From contig OZ255625.1 of assembly GCA_965276755.1 (NCBI GenBank), forward strand, positions 1,020,784 through 1,084,783: 64,000 nt of DNA. Direction: 5' to 3'. Made by a program: the position numbers and the translations under genes. The notes beneath the pieces were generated by a model that had not been told where the DNA came from, ran no database searches, and saw only the letters and a program-made list of their open reading frames with translations. Positions 1 to 8,852 of the stretch are shown piece by piece. Position 1 is the stretch's first letter, and each line of letters starts with the position of its first letter. Source of the stretch: Acetobacteraceae bacterium. Lineage in GTDB: Bacteria; Pseudomonadota; Alphaproteobacteria; Acetobacterales; Acetobacteraceae.

Positions 1-38
1 CTGAACATCTGCGTGGGCTGGCCCATTGTCGAGACTGC

Positions 39-563
39 ATGGCGAGCCTGAGCATGCTGCGTCCGGTCCTATTCTTCGTGGCGGCCATGGCGACACAGGC
101 CTGTGCGCAGCAGGCCGCAACAGCACCAGATGACCTTTCACCAACGTTCGAGCACCTGATTGAACGCAAGACCCAGCTTCCACTCGTTTTGCAAGACGCA
201 AGCGGGGACCGCGTCAAGGTCACGCTCGATGCCACATCGCAAGGCAATGGAACGCTGCAAGCAGCCAATCTGCTTCTGCGTGTTTTCGACACTCACCTTG
301 ACGACTTGCTCTATGATGGTGGCGCCCTGCAGGTTCGCCTGGCGCGGCTGGACTCATCCGATCGGCTAGCCCTGCTTGTTTTCGGCCACGTGCTGCACTT
401 CAGGCCGGGTAACGACAACCCGGACAAGCCGGACTCCTCGGAAGACGTGCTGTTCATCTATACGGTTCAATGCCCCGTAGGTCGCTTCGTGCAGGCCTAC
501 AGATCGGCCAGCTTCGATATTGCCTTGCAAACAAAGCTGCAGGGTCGCCAACCTTGCTCCTGA
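39..563 (+). CDS. Hypothetical protein, probably exported
   Basis: 174-aa ORF with a signal-peptide-like N-terminus (MLRPVLFFVAAMATQACAQ); no family recognised. Confidence 0.5.
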   Translation: MASLSMLRPVLFFVAAMATQACAQQAATAPDDLSPTFEHLIERKTQLPLVLQDASGDRVKVTLDATSQGNGTLQAANLLLRVFDTHLDDLLYDGGALQVRLARLDSSDRLALLVFGHVLHFRPGNDNPDKPDSSEDVLFIYTVQCPVGRFVQAYRSASFDIALQTKLQGRQPCS

Positions 564-686
564 CGCTACTGCCCCTGTCCCCACGGTTTCACCGGCCCAA
601 CACTCAGGCCGCCGCAGAGATCACACCCTGCGCTTGGCACAGAAAGCCCAGCGACCACGGCAGTACAACTCGCCTGATGACGGCTT

Positions 687-1847
687 CTATGGTGCCAGTT
701 TGAACACGGTTCCGCAGCCGTTTCCATTGTTGCACGCCGTGTTGCCGCCAAGCGTCGTTGTGCCGTACAGGTAGCCGTTCGCGTAGGTCAGCCCGCCGAT
801 CGGCAGGCCGCCATCGGCACCTCCTGTAAAAGTGTACAAGACGGTTTCGATACCGGTCGCCGGATCGACCTTGAACACCGTGCCGCAACCGTTTGTTTCG
901 CACCCTGAATTGGCCCCGCGGTCGGCGCCGTAGAGGAAGCCGTTCACCCATATCAGGCCAGTCTGTGGGCCGTGGCCATCGGCGCCGCCCGTGAACGCGT
1001 AGAGAACTTTTTCGCGACGCGTGTTGACATCGACCTGAAAGACGGTGCCGCAGCCGGAGCCGCAGCCCGATCCGCCCCGATAAGTCGTGCCGTACATGAA
1101 TTGACCATGCAACGCGGTGGCGCCGGTGGGCCCACCGCCCTGTGCGCCGTCATTGAACAGAAAGAGCGTGGTCAGGCTTAGCGTGGCCAGATCCACTTTG
1201 TACGCTTTACCGCTTCTATACGGCCCGCCTTGATAGAGACTGCCATAAAGCATGCCGTTCCGATAAGTCACGCTATCGGGAAAGAGACTGTTATTATGGA
1301 AGGAAACCAGGGTCGTCAGCATACCCGAGGCGGCATCGACCCTGAACAGTGTACTCCCGGTTGTGCCGTAGAGAGTTCCACCATGCACGGTCAGGCTTGC
1401 GGCCGGCGCGCTTTGTCGCGCGTTGCGGAAATCAACAAGTATCTTCTCGGCGCCGGTATGGGGGTCAACGCTGAAGAGCGTGCCGAAATCCTTGGGTCCG
1501 CCCTCGCTCGTCAGGCCGAACAGCTTATCGCCCTCATACACAACGCCTGCTAGCGGGTAACCCCCGTCGTGCGGATAGCCGGCGAAGTTGTGGAGCACGG
1601 TTTCCTTGCCTGAAGCCGCGTTGACGGCGAACACCGTGCCGCAAGTGTATCCCCTATAACAGGTCACGTCGCCGCCCTGGAATGTCGTGCCATAGAGCGT
1701 GCCATCGTGATAGATGAGTGGCGCTTCGGGAAACGCCCCATCGGTTCCGTCAAATCCGAACAGCGTCGTGAGAGGCTGCGCGGCAAGCAGCGACGGTATT
1801 GCTGTCAAGGCCGTCAGGATTATGGCAACACTGTTACGGCGGCCCAT
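687..1847 (-). CDS. Secreted Gloeo_Verruco (GloVer) repeat protein
   Basis: Signal peptide then repeated LYGTTxxGG...CGTVFxL/V units; ATG at 1847 has GGAGGT about 5 nt upstream, so the start is shorter than the ORF track call. Confidence 0.85.
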   Translation of the reverse strand: MGRRNSVAIILTALTAIPSLLAAQPLTTLFGFDGTDGAFPEAPLIYHDGTLYGTTFQGGDVTCYRGYTCGTVFAVNAASGKETVLHNFAGYPHDGGYPLAGVVYEGDKLFGLTSEGGPKDFGTLFSVDPHTGAEKILVDFRNARQSAPAASLTVHGGTLYGTTGSTLFRVDAASGMLTTLVSFHNNSLFPDSVTYRNGMLYGSLYQGGPYRSGKAYKVDLATLSLTTLFLFNDGAQGGGPTGATALHGQFMYGTTYRGGSGCGSGCGTVFQVDVNTRREKVLYAFTGGADGHGPQTGLIWVNGFLYGADRGANSGCETNGCGTVFKVDPATGIETVLYTFTGGADGGLPIGGLTYANGYLYGTTTLGGNTACNNGNGCGTVFKLAP

Positions 1848-2058
1848 GTCAACCTCCATGACGTCCCCTGACCGTGCCGTATCCCTCCGCGAAAAGCAAC
1901 GCCGATTTAACCTGCGAACGCATGAAGGCAACCTCTTTCGGCCGCCTTGCCAGGCAGATTTCCGCATCGCCTCTCAGCGCAGTGCTCGTTGGGTCAAGCG
2001 ATCGGGTTTAGGCGATTCAGCTTGGCAAAAACCCTGGTGCCGTCAAACCCGAACCGCG

Positions 2059-2444
2059 CTAAATCCCGCTTCCACAAATCAAATGTCGCGAAAGCGCCTC
2101 GGCATCCACACCGTCCAGGCATCTCACGTTGATTGCCCAGCCATCAAATCGGGCCACCCCGCGCGCAGCCTTGGCCGCCATTGAATGGCTCGGCCGGCGG
2201 AATGGCAAAATGCGCATGTCGGGCAGAAATACTCCGCCGCTGTACAGCTACCCCAGCGATAGACGGAGAGCCGATCCAACGCCGTCTCGACGCGCATGTC
2301 TTCGTCGGCAACGCGGAAATTTAATGCACCACGCTTGCGGCACACCGAACAGTCACACACCCGAACATGGTCGATGTCGGCCGCAACCGTAAAGCGCACG
2401 AAGCCGCAATGACATGAGCCGGAATAGGACTTCTTCGCTGCCAT
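2059..2444 (-). pseudogene. GFA/CENP-V family protein with a 1-nt frameshift
   Basis: GSCHCG...CDCSVC...YFCPTC motifs; after TGC GC(A) near 2212 the other frame reads ILPFRRP...GWAINVRCLDGVD...GSGI*. Adding one G restores 128 aa. Confidence 0.75.
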
Positions 2445-2487
2445 GCCGCTTGCCTCGCCCCACACGCCCCCCTACCTTCCCCGCCCC

Positions 2488-3381
2488 ATGCCAACGACCC
2501 CCACCCTGCGCGGCTCCATGACCGCCCTGATCACACCCATGACCAACACGGGCGACATCGACGCCCAAGCCGCCACCGCCTTCATCGACTGGCAAATCAC
2601 CCAGGGCACATCCGCCATCGTCCCCGCCGGCACCACCGGCGAATCCCCCACCCTCACCCACGAAGAACACCGCCGCATCATCGAAATCGCCGTGCACGCC
2701 GCCGCCGGCCGCGTCCCGGTCATTGCCGGCGCCGGCTCCAACAGCACCGCCGAGGCCATCGACCTGGCCACCCACGCACGAGGGGCCGGCGCGGACGCGG
2801 TCATGGTCGTCACCCCCTACTACAACAAGCCCAGCCAGGAGGGCCTCTACCGCCACTACATGGCCATCGCCGATGCCGCCCGACTGCCGCTCATCATCTA
2901 CAACATCCCCAGCCGCAGCGTCATCGACATGACGCCCGAAACCATGGCCCGCCTCGCCACCCACCCCAACATCGTCGGCGTCAAGGACGCCACCGCCAAC
3001 CTCGCCCGCCCGCTGCACACCGCCGCCCTTTGCGGCCCCGATTTCATCCAGCTCTCCGGCGAGGACCACACCGCCCTCTCCTTCCTCGCCGCCGGCGGCG
3101 CAGGCTGCATCTCAGTCACCGCGAACGCCGCCCCCACCCTATGCGCGTCTATGCACGCCGCCTGGGCTGCGGGCCGCCTGGCCGACGCCATGGCCATCCA
3201 GGCCCGCCTCCTCCCCCTGCACGACGCCATGTTCTGCGAACCCAGCCCCGGCCCCGCCAAATTCGCCGTCTCCCTCCTCAGCAGCACGACCCCGCACGTG
3301 CGCCTCCCACTCGCCCCCATTACCGAGGCCGCGCAAACCCGCGTGCGCGCCGCCATGGCCGGCCTTGGGCTGCTCGGCTAG
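2488..3381 (+). CDS. dapA: 4-hydroxy-tetrahydrodipicolinate synthase
   Basis: GTTGESPTL, TPYYNKP, IIYNIPSR, GVKDAT motifs; adjacent to smpB as is typical of alphaproteobacteria. Confidence 0.95.
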   Translation: MPTTPTLRGSMTALITPMTNTGDIDAQAATAFIDWQITQGTSAIVPAGTTGESPTLTHEEHRRIIEIAVHAAAGRVPVIAGAGSNSTAEAIDLATHARGAGADAVMVVTPYYNKPSQEGLYRHYMAIADAARLPLIIYNIPSRSVIDMTPETMARLATHPNIVGVKDATANLARPLHTAALCGPDFIQLSGEDHTALSFLAAGGAGCISVTANAAPTLCASMHAAWAAGRLADAMAIQARLLPLHDAMFCEPSPGPAKFAVSLLSSTTPHVRLPLAPITEAAQTRVRAAMAGLGLLG

Positions 3382-3410
3382 GGATGGGCAAAATGCAGGA
3401 AGGATTGCGT

Positions 3411-3441
3411 GGACCGAGCCGGTCCCCCCAAACCCCCCGTC
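3411..3441. repeat. Family A palindromic repeat, single half (GACCG/CGGTC stem variant)
   Basis: GGACCGAGCCGGTCCCCCCAAACCCCCCGTC, matching the copy at 62900. Confidence 0.75.
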
Positions 3442-3483
3442 AATTGATGGCCTGCGCGCCGGCAATGCTTTAGACCCCTGCGA

Positions 3484-3969
3484 ATGGCCAAGGAAAAGAA
3501 GAAGTCGAGCCTGATCTCGCACGGCATGGCTGCCCAGAACCGCAAGGCGCGGTTCGACTACACCATTAAGGAAACGCTGGAAGCCGGCCTCGTCCTGCGC
3601 GGCCCGGAGGTCAAATCCCTTCGCCACGGCCGCGCCACCATTACCGAAGCCTGGGCCGGCGAACGCGAGGGCGAAGTCTATCTCTTCAACGCCTACATCC
3701 CCGAATACCAGGCGGGCGTCCTCTCCCGCTTCGAACCCCGCGGCATGCGCAAGCTCCTGTTGCACAAGAAGGAAGCCGCCAAACTCCTGGGTGCGGTCGC
3801 CCGCAACGGCTACACGCTCGTGCCGCTTGACATCCATTTTAATGACAAGGGCATGGCCAAGGTCACGCTGGGGTTGGGGCAGGGGCGTAATAAGGCGGAC
3901 AAGCGGCATGCGATCGCGGATCGGGACTGGGCGCGGGACAAGGCTCGGTTGATGCGGGATCGGGGGTAA
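3484..3969 (+). CDS. smpB: SsrA-binding protein
   Basis: AQNRKARFDY, EAGLVLRGPEVKSLR, RKLLLHK, KADKRHAI motifs. Confidence 0.97.
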   Translation: MAKEKKKSSLISHGMAAQNRKARFDYTIKETLEAGLVLRGPEVKSLRHGRATITEAWAGEREGEVYLFNAYIPEYQAGVLSRFEPRGMRKLLLHKKEAAKLLGAVARNGYTLVPLDIHFNDKGMAKVTLGLGQGRNKADKRHAIADRDWARDKARLMRDRG

Positions 3970-4012
3970 GGAAGGAAGCAGTTCTTTTTTGAAAAAAAGA
4001 ACCAAAAACTTT
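3970..4012. repeat. Family B A/T-tract hairpin repeat, interrupted at its end by the IS1595 element
   Basis: GAAGGAAGCAGTTCTTTTTTGAAAAAAAGAACCAAAAACTTT; the usual continuation TGTCAGTT resumes at 8530. Confidence 0.85.
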
Positions 4013-4812
4013 GGTAATAACATACTTGACTCAGTATGGAGCCAAAGCTAATGCTTCCTTATAGATCAGACGATCTTCGCCTCCAAGGGCACTGGACCGA
4101 GAAGAGGCTGAGAAATGGAGCGTTAGTTCCATGCTGGGAGCCGCCTATGCCGCGCATATCGGATACAATCCTTGAAAGCATTTTTTACCTTTACCCGTCA
4201 CTTTCATCAGCGGAAAGTGGCGAGAGCTTTGGCGGGTGTGGTTTTTTAGTTACATTTCCGTTTGACAGGGCAAAACAGAATCATCTCTATGCAGTGACAA
4301 ATCGTCATGTAGTAGATAGTGGCGCTTTAACGTTCCGCTTATATACCAAAGACCTTGGGTTGCTCCCAATTGATAGCGATGAACGAAAATGGTTCAGGCA
4401 TCCCGATGGCGATGACCTTGCTATTCTTCTGATTGATTTTCCCTTGCATTTTAACTGTACGGCTATGACGTGGAGACTAATGCAAACTGTCACAAAGGAG
4501 TTGATACAGGAATACGACATCGGCGTAGGAGAAGAGGCATTTTCTGTCGGGCGCCTTGTTGACCATGACGGAAAGCAGCAGCATTCGCCTGTAGTCCGGT
4601 TCGGCAATATAGCTCAAATGCCTGGCGAAAAAATCAGACAAGATACCGGCTTTATGCAGGAGAGTTATCTTGTTGAGGGCCGATCCGTTGGCGGCTACAG
4701 CGGCTCTCCGGTTTTCATGTTTATACCCCCTTGGGCTGTGCGGCCTGGAAAGGCATCAGTGGAAAGTGCACATCATGGCCCTTGGTTTCTCGGCGTAAAC
4801 TGGGGCCACTTA

Positions 4813-6135
4813 GGGTTTGTCAGGAAATAGCTGAATCGGGTTGCGCTTGCGGGTAAGTGGGGGGATTCCCCGGTCACGGAGCGCTTTCGTAGCGTGCGTA
4901 CATGATTGATACCAGCGCCATTCGTGATCGTTTTGTTTCTCTTGCCCCGCATCTTGATGAACGAGGCCGTCGCTCCTTCGCTGCGGCCGAGGCGCGTTCG
5001 GCCGGGTATGGCGGGATCGCCGCTGTTGCCCGGGCGACCGGTATTGCACCGAGCACGATCGGCCGGGGCTTGGACGAGCTTGCTGGCGTCGCCGAGGTGC
5101 CAACTGACCGCAATCGCCGTCCCGGAGGCGGCCGCAAAGCGTTGACCGCGACAGACCCGGCACTGCTGGACGATTTGTTGGCGCTGGTCAGCCCGAGTGA
5201 ACGCGGCGACCCGATGTCGCCCCTGCGCTGGACCTGCAAAGGCCTACGCCGCCTGGCTGCTGAATTGCGCGCCATGGGGCATAAAATCAGCCACACCGTG
5301 GTTGGCGAATTGCTCCGCGGCCAGAAATTCAGCCTCCAGGCCAACAGCAAGACCCGCGAAGGTGACAGCCACCCGGATCGCGATGCGCAATTCGCCCACA
5401 TCAATACGAGCATCAGCCGCGCCCTGGCCGAGCAGCAGCCGGTGATATCCGTCGACACGAAGAAGAAGGAGCTTGTCGGCGACTTCAAGAATGCTGGCCG
5501 GGAATGGCGGCCACAGGGTGATCCCGAGGAGGTCCGCGTGCACGACTTCCTGATCAAGGAGATTGGTCGGGCGGTGCCATATGGAATCTACGATCTGGCC
5601 GCCAATGCCGGCTGGGTCAGCGTCGGCATCGATCACGACACTGCGCAATTCGCCGTGCAGACAATCCGCAACTGGTGGCACGGGGTCGGGTGCAAGCGCT
5701 ATCCGGGCGCGCGCCACCTGACGATCACCGCCGATGGTGGCGGCAGCAACGGCTCGCGCGTGCGCTTATGGAAGCGTGAACTGCAAAAGCTGTCCAATGA
5801 ACTCGGCATCAAGATCCGCGTCCACCACCTGCCGCCGGGCACCAGCAAATGGAACAAGATTGAGCATCGGCTGTTCTCATTCATCAGCATGAACTGGCGC
5901 GCCAAGCCGCTTGTCAGCTATCGCGTCATGGTGGACCTGATCAGCGCGACCACGACCAAGACCGGCCTGACCGTGCAGTGTGAACTCGACACCAGCACCT
6001 ACCCAAAAGGGATTGTGGTGAACGATCAGGAAATGTCCGAACTCAACATCCTACGCGACGAGTTCCACGGCGAATGGAACTACACGCTCCAACCTTGCAA
6101 CAAAACAGGTCGCGCGGTTAATTCCTGACAGACCC
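4813..6135 (+). mobile_element. ISAzo13-family insertion sequence
   Basis: Imperfect IRs GGGTTTGTCAGGAAATA / TAATTCCTGACAGACCC; TTA direct repeats at 4810-4812 and 6136-6138. Confidence 0.9.
4902..6128 (+). CDS. ISAzo13-family transposase
   Basis: LDERGRR, GDPMSPLRWTCK, ISVDTKKKELVG, ITADGGGSNG, TSKWNKIEHRLFS motifs; uninterrupted 408 aa. Confidence 0.95.
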   Translation: MIDTSAIRDRFVSLAPHLDERGRRSFAAAEARSAGYGGIAAVARATGIAPSTIGRGLDELAGVAEVPTDRNRRPGGGRKALTATDPALLDDLLALVSPSERGDPMSPLRWTCKGLRRLAAELRAMGHKISHTVVGELLRGQKFSLQANSKTREGDSHPDRDAQFAHINTSISRALAEQQPVISVDTKKKELVGDFKNAGREWRPQGDPEEVRVHDFLIKEIGRAVPYGIYDLAANAGWVSVGIDHDTAQFAVQTIRNWWHGVGCKRYPGARHLTITADGGGSNGSRVRLWKRELQKLSNELGIKIRVHHLPPGTSKWNKIEHRLFSFISMNWRAKPLVSYRVMVDLISATTTKTGLTVQCELDTSTYPKGIVVNDQEMSELNILRDEFHGEWNYTLQPCNKTGRAVNS

Positions 6136-6138
6136 TTA

Positions 6139-7166
6139 GAGTCTGACTCGAATCGGCATTGTAACAGGCTAAACCGTTGATCTCATTCGGGATCAAGATG
6201 ATACCGCCCCCAGCCTGCGCGACATCAGCTTGACGCTGGCGATGTAGAGCCAAGTCGTGGCGCTTGCGATGCTCGCCTCCACATCCTTTGCCAGGCGCCG
6301 GTTGCGACTCAACCAGGCAATCGTGCGTTCCACCACCCAGCGGCGCGGTAACAGGACAAAGCCTTTCGCCGCGTCGGAGCGCTTGACGATCTCGATCGTC
6401 CAATCGCCTTTGCCCATCAACGCGTTTTTCAGCTTGTCGCCGGCGTAACCACCATCGGCAAACACATGACGCAGCCAGGGATAGAGGTGGCGCACGCTTT
6501 CCAACAGCATCGGTGCGCCGTCGCGATCCTGCACGTCCGCGGGATGCACGATCATGCCCACGGGCAGACCAATGGTGTCGGTCAGAAGATGCCGTTTGCG
6601 GCCTTTGATCATCTTCTCGGCCGCATAGCCGCGCGGACCGCCGGACTCCGTGGTTTTGACCGATTGGCTGTCGATCACCCCGCCTGTCGGGCTCGCCTCG
6701 CGGCCGGCCGCCTCGCGCACAGCCATCAGCATGACATGATTGATCGTTTGCCAAAGCGCGTTGTCTCGCCAGGCGTAGAAGTAACGCTGCACGGTCGTGT
6801 AGGGCGGGAACCCCTTTGGCAACATGCGCCACTGGCAGCCCGACTGGATGATGTAGAAGATGGCATTGACGACCTCTCGCAGGTCATGCGCGCGCCGGCG
6901 CCCGCAGCTGGCGGGGGCAGGCATATGCGGCTCGATGAGCGTCCATTCCTGATCGGTGGTATCGCTTGCATAGCGCAGCCCATCTCGCTGATACTGCGGG
7001 CGCGTGATTTCAGTCCAGGCCATGTATTTCCCTCGGGTCTTCGCAAACGCGAGAGAATCGTAGCCGCTGAAATCACGCAACCCCTGTCTTGAAGCTAGAC
7101 GGCCGGAATCGGTAAACGGCTGAAAAGACTCGGGACTGCGTTGCAGAACCGTTCCGGGTCAGCCTC
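6139..7166 (-). mobile_element. IS5-family (IS1031-like group) insertion sequence
   Basis: Imperfect IRs GAGTCTGACTCGAATC / GTTCCGGGTCAGCCTC with GAG termini; flanked by TTA (6136-6138, 7167-7169). Confidence 0.88.
6193..7023 (-). CDS. IS5-family transposase
   Basis: RYASDTTDQEW, GCQWRMLP, IDSQSVK, KGRKRH, FADGGY, RWVVERTIAW motifs. Confidence 0.93.
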   Translation of the reverse strand: MAWTEITRPQYQRDGLRYASDTTDQEWTLIEPHMPAPASCGRRRAHDLREVVNAIFYIIQSGCQWRMLPKGFPPYTTVQRYFYAWRDNALWQTINHVMLMAVREAAGREASPTGGVIDSQSVKTTESGGPRGYAAEKMIKGRKRHLLTDTIGLPVGMIVHPADVQDRDGAPMLLESVRHLYPWLRHVFADGGYAGDKLKNALMGKGDWTIEIVKRSDAAKGFVLLPRRWVVERTIAWLSRNRRLAKDVEASIASATTWLYIASVKLMSRRLGAVSS

Positions 7167-7362
7167 TTAGTGAAATGGCAGCCCGTTTGCGACGCTGCCG
7201 GACGGCCTATACAGAACCACGGCATGAAAATCGCCCAAAATACTGGGATGATGACAGTTGTTCCGGCTTGGAAGCTGCATGAGATGCTTGAGCACCCTAA
7301 GATGAAAGAAGAACGAGTAGCGCGAGAAGACATTGTGTTGGGCAGGGGGCCGCCATTGGCGG

Positions 7363-7542
7363 TCAGCGATCTTGCGTCCTACTCTCCTCATGCTGACGCT
7401 GCATCTCCTTCAATTCTTCCTGGCTGACACTAAGCAGCCTCCGGGTAAGCTCCTTAAATTTATTTTGCGGCGGCACAGCGCAGTCGTTTGCGGCTTCCGC
7501 CACGATGTTGTCGTTTTTTTCACGCGAGGGCTTCTCCGCCAT
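7363..7542 (-). CDS. Small 59-aa ORF overlapping the IS1595 transposase 3' end
   Basis: MAEKPSREKNDNIVAEAANDCAVPPQNKFKELTRRLLSVSQEELKEMQRQHEESRTQDR; below the ORF-track cut-off; resembles short helical ORFs I associate with IS1595 elements (from memory, unverified). Confidence 0.55.
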   Translation of the reverse strand: MAEKPSREKNDNIVAEAANDCAVPPQNKFKELTRRLLSVSQEELKEMQRQHEESRTQDR

Positions 7543-8472
7543 TTCCGGTTAGCTCCTTATAGGTGATACGTTTGCCGGTACGCCCAACACCTTACGGAAG
7601 CGGCCACCATCAACCAGTTTGCGCTCGTTGAAGCGATAGGTCTGCTCAGCGACATAGGCATTCAGGTGAGCGGGTTCCACCGACACGTAGGTGCCTTTCA
7701 GAGCACGCTTAAACAGGCTCCAGAAATTCTCCATGCCGTTCGTGTGCACGTTGTCCCGCACGTATTCGACGGCGTGATCCACAACCTGATGCACGTAGTC
7801 GGCAGACAGGCCCGCGTAGGACATGAGCGCGTCCGTGTGAATGGCGCTGCCCGGCTCCGCGACGGCGCGGACGGCATCTTGAACCGTCTTCTTCTTGCGG
7901 TTCGGCACATGCTCAGCGGCAACCTTGCTATGCTCAGTATTCGTGCCACGGCGCAGCACGCCCATAATGACTTCCTTACCCTTCACGCCGCTGCCCGTGA
8001 TCGTTTTTGCGCGGCGCGTTGCACTCATGTTCTTGGACCGGCCGCCAATGAAAGTCTCATCGGCTTCAAATTCGCCGCCGCTCTTGATAAAAGAGCCGGT
8101 TTCCATGGCGAGCCGGATGCGATGGAGCATGAACCACGCGGTCTTTTGCGTGACGCCAATACCGCGATGAATTTCATAGGAGCTGACGCCGTTTTTGCAG
8201 TTGGCAATTAGCCAGATGGCGGCAAACCACTTGTCCAGGCCGAGCGGGCTATCCTCAAAGATCGTGCCGACCTTGGCAGAGAATTGCTTGCGGGGATGCT
8301 CGCTCTTGCATTCCCACATGCGACGGGTTGCCAAAAACCGCACGTCAGACCGCCCGCAGGTCGGGCAGCACACGCCCTCGGGCCAGCGAAGCTCAACCAT
8401 CGTGGCGAGGGTCACGTCGGGGTCCGCGAAGTGGCGGATGGCTTCAACGAGGGTTTTGGGTTCGCTGCTCAC
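7520..8472 (-). CDS. IS1595-family DDE transposase with a probable frameshift near the C-terminus
   Basis: N-terminal Zn ribbon CPTCG...WECK; EADETFIGG, HTDALMSY, HTNGMENFWS, EQTYRFNER. The in-frame ORF stops at 7549, while the family-type tail TGKRITYKELTG lies in the -1 frame ending at 7520. Confidence 0.9.
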
Positions 8473-8479
8473 GCCCTAT

Positions 8480-8508
8480 GGTATGGCACGGCCGGTTTAC
8501 TGAGTCAA
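8480..8508 (-). promoter_or_regulatory. Putative sigma70 promoter of the IS1595 transposase (-35 inside the IR)
   Basis: TTGACT-N17-CATACC, 7 nt before the GTG start (possible leaderless mRNA). The other IR gives TTGACT-N17-TAATGC (4026-4054) facing the passenger gene. Confidence 0.55.
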
Positions 8509-8664
8509 GTATGTTATTACCAAAACTTTTGTCAGTTTTTGCCCGGCAAATCTTGCCGACAGGGCTCGCAGGCCCAGGGGCAACTCGTTGAATTACTTAT
8601 CGCGGGATGCGGCACGCGACTTGCTGATCCACTGGTGTCATCACCCAGTGTAAGGATCGCACAA

Positions 8665-8850
8665 ATGTCCGGCTTCACCACTGACGTCCAGATCATCCCC
8701 GCCGACGCCATCATGACGCGCGGAACCGTCGTGCAGCCCAGCGCGGCCCAACCAATCCTCTCAACCCGTCCCGGCCGCTTCTCAATATCTGAAGAAACCG
8801 CCAAACTAATCGCCACCATCGCCCCGCACCTGCTGCGACTAGCCGCCTAA
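8665..8850 (+). CDS. Small hypothetical protein (61 aa)
   Basis: MSGFTTDVQIIPADAIM...IAPHLLRLAA with AAGGA upstream and C-ending codon usage like host genes. Confidence 0.5.
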   Translation: MSGFTTDVQIIPADAIMTRGTVVQPSAAQPILSTRPGRFSISEETAKLIATIAPHLLRLAA

Positions 8851-8852
8851 AT

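Larger units (their letters stand above)
4147..7427 (+). pseudogene. Trypsin-like serine protease (passenger gene) split by two IS
   Basis: TNRHV (His), DDLAIL (Asp), GGYSGSPV (Ser) in 4147-4812. Joining 4812 to 7170 reads ...GVNWGHL-VKWQPV...NTGMMTVVPAWKLHEML in frame, about 307 aa. GGGAG RBS precedes ATG 4147. Confidence 0.85.
4013..8521 (-). mobile_element. IS1595-family element with passenger genes and two nested IS
   Basis: Perfect 24-bp IRs GGTAATAACATACTTGACTCAGTA (4013-4036 and reverse complement at 8498-8521); 8-bp TSD AAAACTTT (4005-4012, 8522-8529); IS1595 transposase inside. Confidence 0.93.

Noticed and set aside
4036-4146. Protease start at ATG 4036 as in the ORF track
   Set aside because: This ATG lies at the IR edge, upstream of the predicted -10; ATG 4147 has an RBS and is preferred.
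4813-7166. ISAzo13 + IS5 as a composite transposon
   Set aside because: Different families with different IRs, nothing carried between them, and each has its own TTA duplication.
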